A stretch of DNA of 64,000 nucleotides from Glycera tridactyla (taxonomy: Eukaryota). Each line of letters begins with the position of its first letter. Position 1 is the first letter of the stretch. The notes beneath the pieces are model-generated. The model worked only from the letters and a program-made list of their open reading frames with translations, was not told where the DNA came from and did no database searches. This document shows positions 26,901 through 38,900 of the stretch, piece by piece. The translations under genes were made by a program, and so were the position numbers. The DNA lies in assembly GCA_965644265.1 (NCBI GenBank), contig OZ286459.1:74958001-75022000 (forward strand). The letters are read 5' to 3'.

Positions 26901-29900
26901 GTTCGGAGGACTGGGGGGGCACTCCTCCATCATTTTTCCTCATCAGAATGAGAGTAAAAAATGCTTATATTAGGTTAGTAGAAAAACTCTATGTTCCCTC
27001 ACAGTGAACAGCCATCCAAACATCTGGCCCATCTTCATTAACAAACAAGAAGCTTGAAATCCATGTTTGTTTAGTTTCTGAAACGAGCATACCATCCAGA
27101 ATTGCGAAATGGCAGGACAGACTGGATGAACATACCCAATTTGATAGGCAACACAATCTTATTCACATGTGTTCAATTCCAGAACTAGGGCCATTTAATC
27201 TCTGATTGAAGAAGAGGCCAAGATGTGATTATTTGGCAGCCCAACTGAGTGACAACATGAGACCGTTTCAAGGGCCACCACTTACACTGGCCAAATGTGC
27301 GGAATGACAAACGATTGCTCCAGGGTCCGGCACCTTTATTGGTATAAGCCTTGATTTGAAAGATATAGTCTTGATTCATTTCAAGGCCTTCAATAACGAG
27401 CTGTGTATCAGTGGTGTTGACATCGAAGACCTCAATGGGATCAGTACGTTTGTGATACATCACTTCATACATGATGATTTCACCATTACGCAGGCTACGC
27501 TCAGGCTGATCCCATGTGAGTTTTACACTAGTCGAACTCATACCTGTAGCACTAAAATTGCGGGGCGCACCACCAGGAACTGAAGAGAGAGAAGAGCAGA
27601 CAAAAGCATATTATAAGATAATACCAAGGCACTGATTCACATAGCAATTACGCGGTCTACATGCTGCAACCGGGTAAGTATGACATGTGCACTCTCTAAT
27701 TGCTATGTGCATCATGTGCCGCATGCCTCATGACAGTAAGTACTGCTTAGCCGTTGTGTTGTTTTATTCGCGACTGAAGTGCCAATAACACAGAGCCAGC
27801 TAACTAAATTTACAGATATGGCAGGCACTTCAGTGATGGTTGTGAGAAAATCGGCATAAGCAGTGCACAACCATCTGATTGAGTATTCATTAATAAAGTG
27901 TTTCGCTATATGTAAGATATTTGACTGCTGTCTTTAACCCCGTTAAGTGTGTATTCTAGTCAGCCCACCCCCACCCCGCGGCAGAGCCATATCTTCTTGC
28001 AATATGGCGGCTGCCGATCCTACTGTCGATGAGGTGCAATACATATGGGGTGCAATTATAATTCATACATAGCCCACTTAAAGGCCCACATTGATAACTG
28101 AAGAAAACGAGAACATAATGAAAGGAAGGATGGCAGGGAGGGATGATGTGGGAAGGACATATGACAACTAGGTAGTATTTAGTGTAGTTGTAGCTTTAGT
28201 GGCTGTGGTGTGCTCGCTCCTGCTGCAGTCTGATTTATCCCGCACTGAACTACCATCGCACGGGCAGCGTGCAACGCCACTCACTTCCGTCAGGCGTCCG
28301 AATCGTCTTCACCATCTGCTCGCCATAAGCAACGGCATTCTTTGCTGCGATTCTGAACTCATATTCTGCTCCTCTTTCTACAACAAAATACATAATATTC
28401 ACTGAAATAACTTCCACTTCTTAGTTGAACCTAATGTTCTATGAAGTAATAAATATGCAATCTATTACTCAAACCTTGCTAACTGTCAAAATTGAACAGG
28501 ATTATCAGCAAAACGAGACATACAAGTACGTAGAAACTCCCAACAAAAATTCCAACACATCAATGGTACACATGAATGAATAAACTGACAATATGCATTC
28601 ATGAGAAAATGCATTATTATCATACATTAGAGAAGCATGCAAATGAATGAAAATTTAGGGTGTTAATTAGATATGATTCATTTTGGTAGTAACAACATTT
28701 ACATTCGTTCATTAGACAGTTATAATTGTATTTATAAATGGGTCACATACTGCTGAGCTAGCAGTCCTCATGGCAACATTGAGGGATGCCATTTTGTTCG
28801 ACATGAGGACAGAGAATAAATGCATACATCATTAAATATAAGTAATCATTGTTCACAACAGCCAGACCTGTGGAAATTACATAGTACATCTTGCTATCAG
28901 TGAGTGTTTAGGCAACCTCCTTTCTCCTCTGTTTTCTTTATTTCCAATCAATGTTCAATGTGGTTATTGATTCAATGCACAAGTGTGATGTACCATACCC
29001 AGTTGCATAACCTAGACTGTAAGGACTCAACACAGTGAGTGTTACTCTTAAAATAAACTTCATTATGTGGGTAAAATTGCAAAATCAACGAATTTAGCCA
29101 AGCTCTATTCTCCTCTGTTTTCTTTATTTCCAATCAATATTCGATTCATATGAGGGTGTGTTAGATGGGGTGATTGATTCAATGCACAAGTGGGATGTAC
29201 CATACTCAGTTGCATATCCTAGACTGTAAGGACTCAACACAGTTATCAATTGAGCAACTTCCACATGAGGGACACTCCGCATCAAATCGTCCATATCCTC
29301 ACTGCTTTCCTCAAACCAGATGTGACTTGCTATTTTGCTGCAGGCGATTCTGAAGTCTTCAGCCCATGCATGAAATAATTGGTTTGGGCTGTGTATTCCC
29401 AGGGCAGTTAGGAAAACTCTATGGTCTCATGTTTTATTTGATTTCACTGATACCTGAACACAGCTCAAACCTCCCTTGCTAATGACACCTGAATGCCCTC
29501 ATCCTGTGCATGCTGTGGGTCCCAACAAACAGGAAAAAATACACCAAGAGCATGACAAATCAAGTTAGACAAATGAAAATGGAAATTCAATTTTTAAATA
29601 GACCACACATGTCTGAGTATATGATATCAGGAAGTCTCCCAGTTGCCTCGAAAATGCTGAAGTTCATATGAGGAGGAGATGTAATATCGAAATTCTAGTA
29701 AATTCTCTGATAATATAGCATTATGGTGAAGAGAGATTAAAGTTGGTCCAAATCACCATGTAATAAAATTGCAGGTGTCACTGGAGTAACAAAAGAACAG
29801 TGATACATCACTTGAAAGCCTGATAGGAATGCTCTTGATGACTGATGGAATATGATGAAACTTTGAGGTCATATTCTCTTCAAGGGCCACATATGATCCA

Positions 29901-32900
29901 ATTTCATACAGTGATTCACAATCGGGAAAATACTGCTGCTGATGACTTGGGGAAAACACATACTTTCTTGCAAATTCAAATCTCTGTTTGAAAACCTGAC
30001 TACAACCATGAGGATAAATTACCCAAGAAGCTTGTCTCGTGCCGATATCTTTCTCCATCATATACTGTTGCCACATTGTTGGGATCGCCCTTGATTCCAA
30101 ACGAGAGTTTGTAGCCGAGGAGATCGCCGTAGGTTTGCCGAGGAGCCTGCCAGGTGACGAGGACCGTTGGAGGATCTTCGGACTGCAGCTGGAGCATCAG
30201 GCCACGCGGAGCACTCGGAACTGTCAACATGAAAAACAGTATCTCATTAGGAATCGCCTCACATGAAAACTGGTGAGTTGAGTTTTCAATCTACCTCAAA
30301 TCACTCAAATCCCAAGTACTGATCTGTACCTGCGTTTTGCTTCTAGGAGATGGAATAAGTTCCTGAACTTGACCATCAAATAAGAACATCCATGACTTGG
30401 AATGCATTCAGCTGCAGAGTTCAAAACTATCATCATTCAAACTAGGAATAGGTGTCAAAAATATTTCCGCAATGCCATTTAGTGGTTGTAAAAGGGGACC
30501 ATTGTAACTTCAGTAAGTCAAACAATGAGTGGAAACCTGATGGCTCAAAATACGTTATCTGAAATCCTAAAATCTAATATCAATAAATCTGGCAGAAATC
30601 GATAATTTGGTTGAGTATCCATTCATTCTGGGTCAGAAATAAGAACCAAAATTTCTTACTTAAGGCAAGAGGGGAGTACCATAAGGCTGTTTCACAAACA
30701 GGTACCCTACACTGACAAATAACTACAAAACCCTAAAAATAATCCAGATTATGTCAATATCAGGAAAAATATTGGAAGATTAATCCCTAAATGTATCTAT
30801 TCAACTGCATGTATCATACGTCAGGGATGTTGGATGCTGATCAAGGAATTCTTGCAAATCATCTTTCTGATGCAGAACCACTAATTGGGAGTTTGATGAA
30901 ATAAATATGATTAAATTTGCCTGAGAAATTGTAGTTCAGGAAATGCACATCATTGAATACAGATGAACTCTTCCCATATGAAAATAAGTGTCCAGAAACT
31001 TGCGATGGGATGTCAGTTGAAAATCAAACTGAATGTGTTTCCACGAAAATATAACAAATTGAAACAAACAAAATAACAAATGTGTTCAACTCATCCTTTT
31101 TAAAGACATGATATAACCATGCATGAATACCCTACAACGAGGCTGAATTCAGATTCCTGAAAATTCTCAGGGCATTGAAATCCCTGATCCTAGCAACATA
31201 GATGCTCCTTATTTGCTGATAAGAGAATTATTCAGTCTATAAGAAAACATTTGATGGCCTGCAATGGTGAGATTACATGAAACCAATACAGTCTTTTCCA
31301 TATTTCTGTTGTGATTGAATTATTGAGAGCATCTATACAGCCACACCATGATAAACCTGAGACCGATGCAGGTTTGTAGGATTCTTTCTGATCATTCCGG
31401 TCTTACATGGCGAAAAATTGAGAATCGCTCATCCTTAGTGGTAATTGGGATGATTCCCCATCATTAGGAATGTAGGTCAAGCAATATCTTACAAAGTTTA
31501 TAACTTCTCCTAGATATTACACATGACATGATATTCAAAAATATGTAGCATCATAATGGAGATTAGCGTGTTCAACATGTCAAGTTGAGCCTTGAAATGA
31601 AATGAAACAAGAGCCTGTAGTGATAAACTAGTGAAGAGGACCAACAAAGCAACAAATTATGTCATGTCATCAAATCAAGCTTGAAGGTCAACACAATCCT
31701 TAAGTATACTTTTCTGAAAATGGTTGGGAACTTGTTCTTGGAATCAAAAATATATCCAGGTTAAATAGCCTTGATGAATATGCATGAGTGAAAATATCAA
31801 ATCATCATATGAATATACTTATTGTGTTTTGTTCTGAAGTATAGTGAAACCTCTCACGGGAGACCGCCCCAAATGCCAATCGAAGGCGATCTCTCAAGAG
31901 AGGTGGCCTCTCATTGGAGGTATATTTGACTATGCCAAAAAGAAATGAACCAATGAAGAGCAGTCTCTCAAAAGAGGGTGGTCTCTTAAAAGAGGTTTCA
32001 CTGTACTATGGATGTTTGTATTATGGATGGTCATAGGTGATGAATCTCATACTGTTTTTCAGCACTCGAGATTAGACTTCCTGAGTAAATGTTACTTAAC
32101 ACTTGATGATAGACACGAGCTTGTTATAGGGGTGATGGTAAAATACTTGAATGATCCAGCCTCAGTCAATCAATCCTGTCCCGGTATTCAATAATGTAAG
32201 CAACAAACTCCAATGATTGGAATGAATAGCATTCTTCCTTCTCACCCTCACTTTCTTAGCAGTCCTGAACGGAACCATGGTAGAAAGACTTTCTGTTGTA
32301 TTGTGGAAAAAGTTGTAGTGACTATTCCAATGGCACTCAAGTCTTTCTTACCTTTTACAAGGTTAGGTTTATAGAAATTATCTGAGTCAGAGTGGAAAGT
32401 GATATGGGATTAAAGTAGGTGTTGACTGCAATAGTGCATAAATGAATTGATTTGATCAGCTCTCCGATCACATTTTTCGATGCTGATCAGGGTAGTACCT
32501 TTTATATTGTCTACTCATTGAATACATTCATGGTAGGATGTAATGGTAGAAATGTTGAGAAGCATGAATTTGCAGACTTTCAATGGAGACGGAATACATG
32601 CTGAATTGATTATGCAGTAAGTTGGTTTTGGAAGGAGAATTCATGATGCAAAAATGCTCACTTTGAATCATATGGACATTGATTCAGAAATTTATCTTGC
32701 AGTAGATGTTATTGTCCATGTCCAACCCCTTTGTAAAACTGATTAGTATGGGATCAAAAACCTGATGTTTATACCCTTAAATGATACCAATAACCTGTCT
32801 TATCAAGGGCGAAATTATCTAAGTGCAACAAATATGATACCATGATCATCATGTTTACATAAAATATCTCCCAACCTCAATAACCTTCAAGCAAAGAGAC

Positions 32901-35900
32901 CCAGATCTCCACAAGTCATTCTCAGACTCTCATACCCGCATGTTGACCATGGCTAATCAAACCAAAACATAACAAGCATCTTTTTGCATTTTACAATTAT
33001 CCTCATCAATAGCAGTATTCTACATGTGATCCTTCATTTCACTGAAGTATCTGCATTTCCTTTGTGACAATCAAATACCTCGGAGAAATCATCATATAGA
33101 TATGAATAATGTTTAGCTAACAGAAACCTGGGTTTTCTTTTCAATTCCACATCAGCTTCATGATTGACTTTCCGAGGGGGGGGGGGGGGGTGCGGGATAG
33201 GAACTTGTTATCATATTCATAACTCTTATCATAAGTTTCATAGTAGCGTTTCAGTTGATGTCAAAAACTAAGTACTTATATAGCTATCATCCCAAGTCTA
33301 TCTCAACTTCTGCATTCAATGAATGACTGAAATGACATTCAATACTTGCATACATGAATACGGTAGAATCTGCTTGACAGACCATCTCTCTATAAAGACC
33401 ACCTGCTTACAGAGGCCACCCTGAGCTGCAGCTGTTATAGTATTTTTGACAGTAAATGACCTATCTATGAAGATCACCTGCCTGGAAAGCCCAATTTCTG
33501 ATATGACTGTAAGTCATGTTGTTCTCATCTTCTTTTAAAGCAATCTTTATCTGCTATCAAGAATAAGGAGCAGATTCAATGACAACACTACTGTCAAGAT
33601 GGTTACTCGCATTCAGCTTCAAAGATGGCATATGATATTAGGGTGAGTTGAACCGTTTGTTGTTCAGAAAAAAGTATGCAGAGGAAGTAATCTTAGTGAA
33701 CAGGCTTCAATCCATGCAAACCGCAGTTCAGTCCAATTTCACTGTGATGATTCGGTTCTCACATTTGTGGCAACAATGATGGCATTATGAAAATTGCCAG
33801 ACGAAGATGGATTGCACTCCACATCTACATTTCATTCTGACCAATCATTTTCCTCTACTCAGTTGAATATGTGTCTCATGAGATAATTATAGTAACCAAC
33901 ATGAGAGTTGATACTGAGAAGATGAAGTGATTCGGACCTGGCTCTGGGATATTCACTTGAGATGAGGCTTAATTTCATGCTGCAATTTTCATCATCTTCA
34001 CACACACACGCGTGTANNNNNNNNNNNNNNNNNNNNNNNNNNNNNNNNNNNNNNNNNNNNNNNNNNNNNNNNNNNNNNNNNNNNNNNNNNNNNNNNNNNN
34101 NNNNNNNNNNNNNNNNNNNNNNNNNNNNNNNNNNNNNNNNNNNNNNNNNNNNNNNNNNNNNNNNNNNNNNNNNNNNNNNNNNTTCTAAGATTCAGGAAAC
34201 TTTGCAGGATTTTGAGTCTGACAAAAAGTATTGACTGACAAAATGACAAAAACTTTAAATAAATTGGCGAAAGGATGCATATAGCATATATCAAGTACAG
34301 GAAAAATGAGCAAGATACATCAGATTATTCTGATCCTGATAAATTCAACTAGTATGTTTTCTGTAGAGCAGGAGGGCAGGAAGAGCCTAGTCAAGCATTG
34401 ATCACAGGCCACATGCACACTTATCCATTTGGAACATAACAGCTGTTTCAAGGAGAAATGATTTAATTCACTTTCATGAGCATGAGCATTCCTTTAGGGT
34501 CCACGATTGACCTTCAAGAGAAATAATGCAGTCCTAAATCCCATCTTGGTACATGTATACACACATACAATATGTACTTCCCTTTATATGATGTCAATCT
34601 ACTGTCCAGCCATTTTATCACACTGTTTTGTGTCAAGTATTTGTACATGAATGTCCAGTATGAAACTGTACTGCTGCCAGATGAAGGCACAGATGAAACA
34701 CCAAGGTGTGAAACAATCATCACAATCTTCAACAATAACAACTGAAATTAATATCAACTTCAACATGTGATTAAGATTAACTTCAACATTGATTTATACT
34801 ATTCCCGTAACAATCCCATTAATTGTGAAGCAAACATCTTGAGTATAACGATGGGGATCACAGATCATATGCAGTCCAGGAGAGATGCAGCATTGTATGC
34901 AGTACAGAGAAATGCAGTACTGTATTCATAAGTGCAACAAACACTATGCAAATACAGCCAAACCTGCTTGAGACCACCTCTATACAAAGACCACCCACCT
35001 ACAAATAACACTCAAATAGATAACAGCAATGGTATATTATCGCATGAAATACTTCTTCCTAGAGGCTATCAGATTACGAGGTTTTTTTTTCATACCAGAA
35101 ATCGGAAATCATGAGATGATCCCTCATTCCAGGTATGTTCGACGACATCAAGTAAAAGAAGGTGGTCTCCCCACCTGAGATTTCTCGTTGTACGAGATCT
35201 ATGCATGTGCACATGCAAGTTCATTACCCTGTTTGACATATGCGAATATACCTCCGATGAGAGACCACCTTTTTGGTGGCATTTAGGGTGATCTCACATT
35301 TACTGTGTGACCAGACCACCCTCAATATCACAAAAATTGGTCTTTCCTTAGAGGTGGTGTTTCATTTGAGGTAGTTCAACTATGATCAAATAAAAAACCT
35401 GTCCTGAAAAAGTGGTTTCCCATTTGAGTTGACCTCTACTGGGTTCTTTCTCAATATAGGTTTCACTGTATCACAGATATGACGTTATCAGTGTATGAAA
35501 GAGGTATGGAGGTATGATTATAATATCTCACACTCTCTAATCTGCATATCTTACATCTGCTGTATGAGAATGAGATGCCAAATCCATGGAGGATACAAAT
35601 TATATCTCACTTGATTTGTGTGGAAATCTCACATTTCCAATTCCATCAGGTCATCGATAATGTGTATCCCACCATGGATTTGTGGTTTTAATCATCTGAT
35701 TGAATAATGGTCTGTTCACAGCTGCATTCAGTTTGTGTGCACCTCCATGGAAAGCACATGGATTTAAGAGGCTGGTAGTGCAACATGTAACAAGTGGCTT
35801 CAGATCATGCCCAGACTTGACAAGTATTCATCCGTAGCCCATGTCATTCGATGACCTACTCACTTCGACGACCATACCGACTCCGTGGTGGCTCTCTTCT

Positions 35901-38900
35901 CCCACCATCTGCTCCTGCAAGAGCATTCCTATCTCTGGTACAAGTGTCAAATAAATCTGGAGTATATACATGGATATTATTCTGTATATCCAGATTGACT
36001 AGAATCATTTCTGCAAATAGATTGTTCTTGGTTCCGAGTTGATTCATGGTAGAATGATATCAACTCACTTTGGAACAATACTGTTGAAACCGTTACACTA
36101 TTTCAACCACTCCCAAGTGAATGAAATGTATTAGATCAAAAGCATTTCTATGCTTATCTAGCTGTGTTTATACCCAACACAGATGAAAATATGTACCACA
36201 TAGAGTTCTGATGGGAGATTTTCTTTACATAATACCTTAAATGAATTGCTATTCTCCTAATGCAGGATCCTAGGATGGCAAAGAACTTCCTGACAGTGAC
36301 TGGGCATAAAAGACGATTTCAGGACTGCTTTAAATCTCACAATGAAACAAATTTGACTGGGAGACATATATTCAAATAAGGTAACTGGTAATATTCATGA
36401 GAGAAGGCAGGTGGATGATGGATTCGGGATTGTTCAGGGTGAGGGGGGGGGGGGGGGGGGGGAGGTGGCAGCTGGAATTCCGCAAGGTCATTTGGGAGTG
36501 AATATGCATACCAGAGTCACTTGGGAGTGAATATGCATACCAGAGTCACTTGGGAGTGAAAATGCATACCATAGTCATTTGGGAGTGAATATGCATACCA
36601 TAGTCATTTGGGAGTGAATATGCATGTACTAGAGTCATTTGGGAGTTGTGCAGTGACTCCGCCATATCACCGTGGCTCTATTGTCCATATTTGGAGTTTG
36701 TCAAGTACACGTAGACGTGCATGTAAATGGGAGTGAATATGCATACCAGAGTCATTTGGGAGGAAATATGCATATTGCCTGAAGGCAGGGAGGAGCATTC
36801 TGCACAATATTGCACACCAAGATCAGCTCAATACCTGGGAAAATTCTACTGGAACTCAGGACCATTCTCATGTGAACTCAGGATTTAATTTTCAAAGTTC
36901 AAATCTAATTTCATAAAGAGTATCCAATAGTGATTGTTCTTTGATGTGATTGAGAAACCTTCACTGATCCCTGGTTCTGCTCAATGTACCTTATACTACA
37001 AGACAAATGTATCTTATACTACAAGACATGCTTTGGTCCAACTATTTGAATATAGAGTGCCATCTATGGAACCGTACTCTGTATTTGTTGCCTGATTAAG
37101 GGAGGATTAAGTATACTGATTTGTCTCACAAATATTCTGAGTCTGTACCACATGATTAGCCTCTACGACTTCTGCATTCTATTCTTCTCTTATCATTTCT
37201 TGCATATCGACAATATGTAATCGTATCCACATATGAAACAGTATGTGTCTATGTAAAATTCATGGTAAATGATATCATCTCTACAGTGATATCCATACAG
37301 GTGCATTTTTCATGGAATGTCACATGTCAACTCATTAATTGCTGCTGAAAAAAAAATGCAGGAAGATTTTATATACTTCTTGTGTATGTAACATATATAT
37401 ATATATATGAGATTGTACACATATGTCTGCATATTCACATCTCGGAATGCATGTAGGATCTGCAGCTAGCCCATTTCACACAGAGCAAAACAAATTGTAT
37501 CTGAATGAAACATAAAAATATCATCCAAAACAATAAACAGCAATGCCAATGATACAATGTAAACTTTTCAGAGATAAGATTGAATTTTTGGAACAATACC
37601 CAAATAATAATTGAGCAAAATTGCTTAAAAAATCATGAATCAATTTCCTTAAAAATACCCTCACATATCATCAAAAGTATCAGTTCTGAAACTTGCAGCA
37701 AGAGTGCAGTGTCTCCTTCATTTCAATTTCTTGCACATTTCTTAAAAGTTCTGAATATCTTTGGAAAATATAGCATCACTGTATAGTGGAATCAACAGTT
37801 CAACACTTCATGAATCATGATCTTAATTCTTTTCGAAGAGCCCATCCGAGGTGCAAAAAGCAGCCTTTGGCAGAATCGGGTACATGGTATCTAGTAATCG
37901 TTTTTTCCGTGTGGGATAAACAGCAGGCTCATGATTGGCAGCTTGGAGGGTCTTCATCGACTATCACAAGGTGCGTTGGACTCTGAAAACTCTCCATCAC
38001 AAATTGCAGCTCTTGTTTTATGCTTAAATTTCTAACAAATGAATTATTCATTGACAGAACACACATCTCATTTTGATTTATTATGGTCCTCAATCAAGTC
38101 AATCTTCATAGTTACAACCCATACGGAACTTTGAATTCAACTTCATATGTTTGAAGTTAGAATTCTAACTTATACATTGCCCGAATATTATAACTCTTTG
38201 AGTATGAAAAGGACAAATTATGAACCAAAACAGATAAACCTTTTTAGGGCTTTCAGTAATATGAAAGAAAAATAATGCAATCATATCAAGCTAATCATAT
38301 CAAGTGGATGTTTGCAATAAGCTATTGGGCCTACTGCACGTTATACTGGGTATACTGGAATATAGGTCCTATTTTCTGCACCAAAATAAGGCCTGACACA
38401 CAGAAAATTTTCATCATTTGGCAAGATCGATTTCACCGAGACAAAAGTAATGTTGACAAGAATGAAGTATGTTCTTGGTGGATCCTGTTACTCAAAGAGT
38501 GTGGGAGATTCAGGTGAAGGTCGAAGAATATTACCGAATACATGTATATCCTGTTCTGGCATGATTGATAGTTTCTTTGTGGAAAAGTATGGTGTCACCA
38601 CAATAAATGGGAGAAACTGACTTGACAATCATAACCATCGTTTGGTCATTTCGAGCCATTTCTGCCGACTAGGACAACATATGAAAATACTGTCGGCACT
38701 CCTCCCGATTGCATGGAGTACAGAGCAGCCTGAGAGAGGCTATCTCAGGACTCATATGTATAATCGTGCTCAAAACTTTTCATGTTCATTCACAAATCGA
38801 ATTATGGACTAATATGAAATCTCTCTGATTGTACCCACTGGTGATAAGTGAGTAGGGTCATGAATACTGTTCTCAAAATTGTATTGCTGATCAAGCTTAA

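Noticed and set aside
29753-30100. 115-aa minus ORF and other ORFs overlapping Lar exons in other frames or strands (for example 21209-21412, 27356-27583, 8794-9042, 19534-19740)
   Set aside because: Shadow frames of real exons
36487-36775. 29-bp repeats as a CRISPR array
   Set aside because: Units are head-to-tail without unique spacers, the DNA is eukaryotic intron and there are no cas genes
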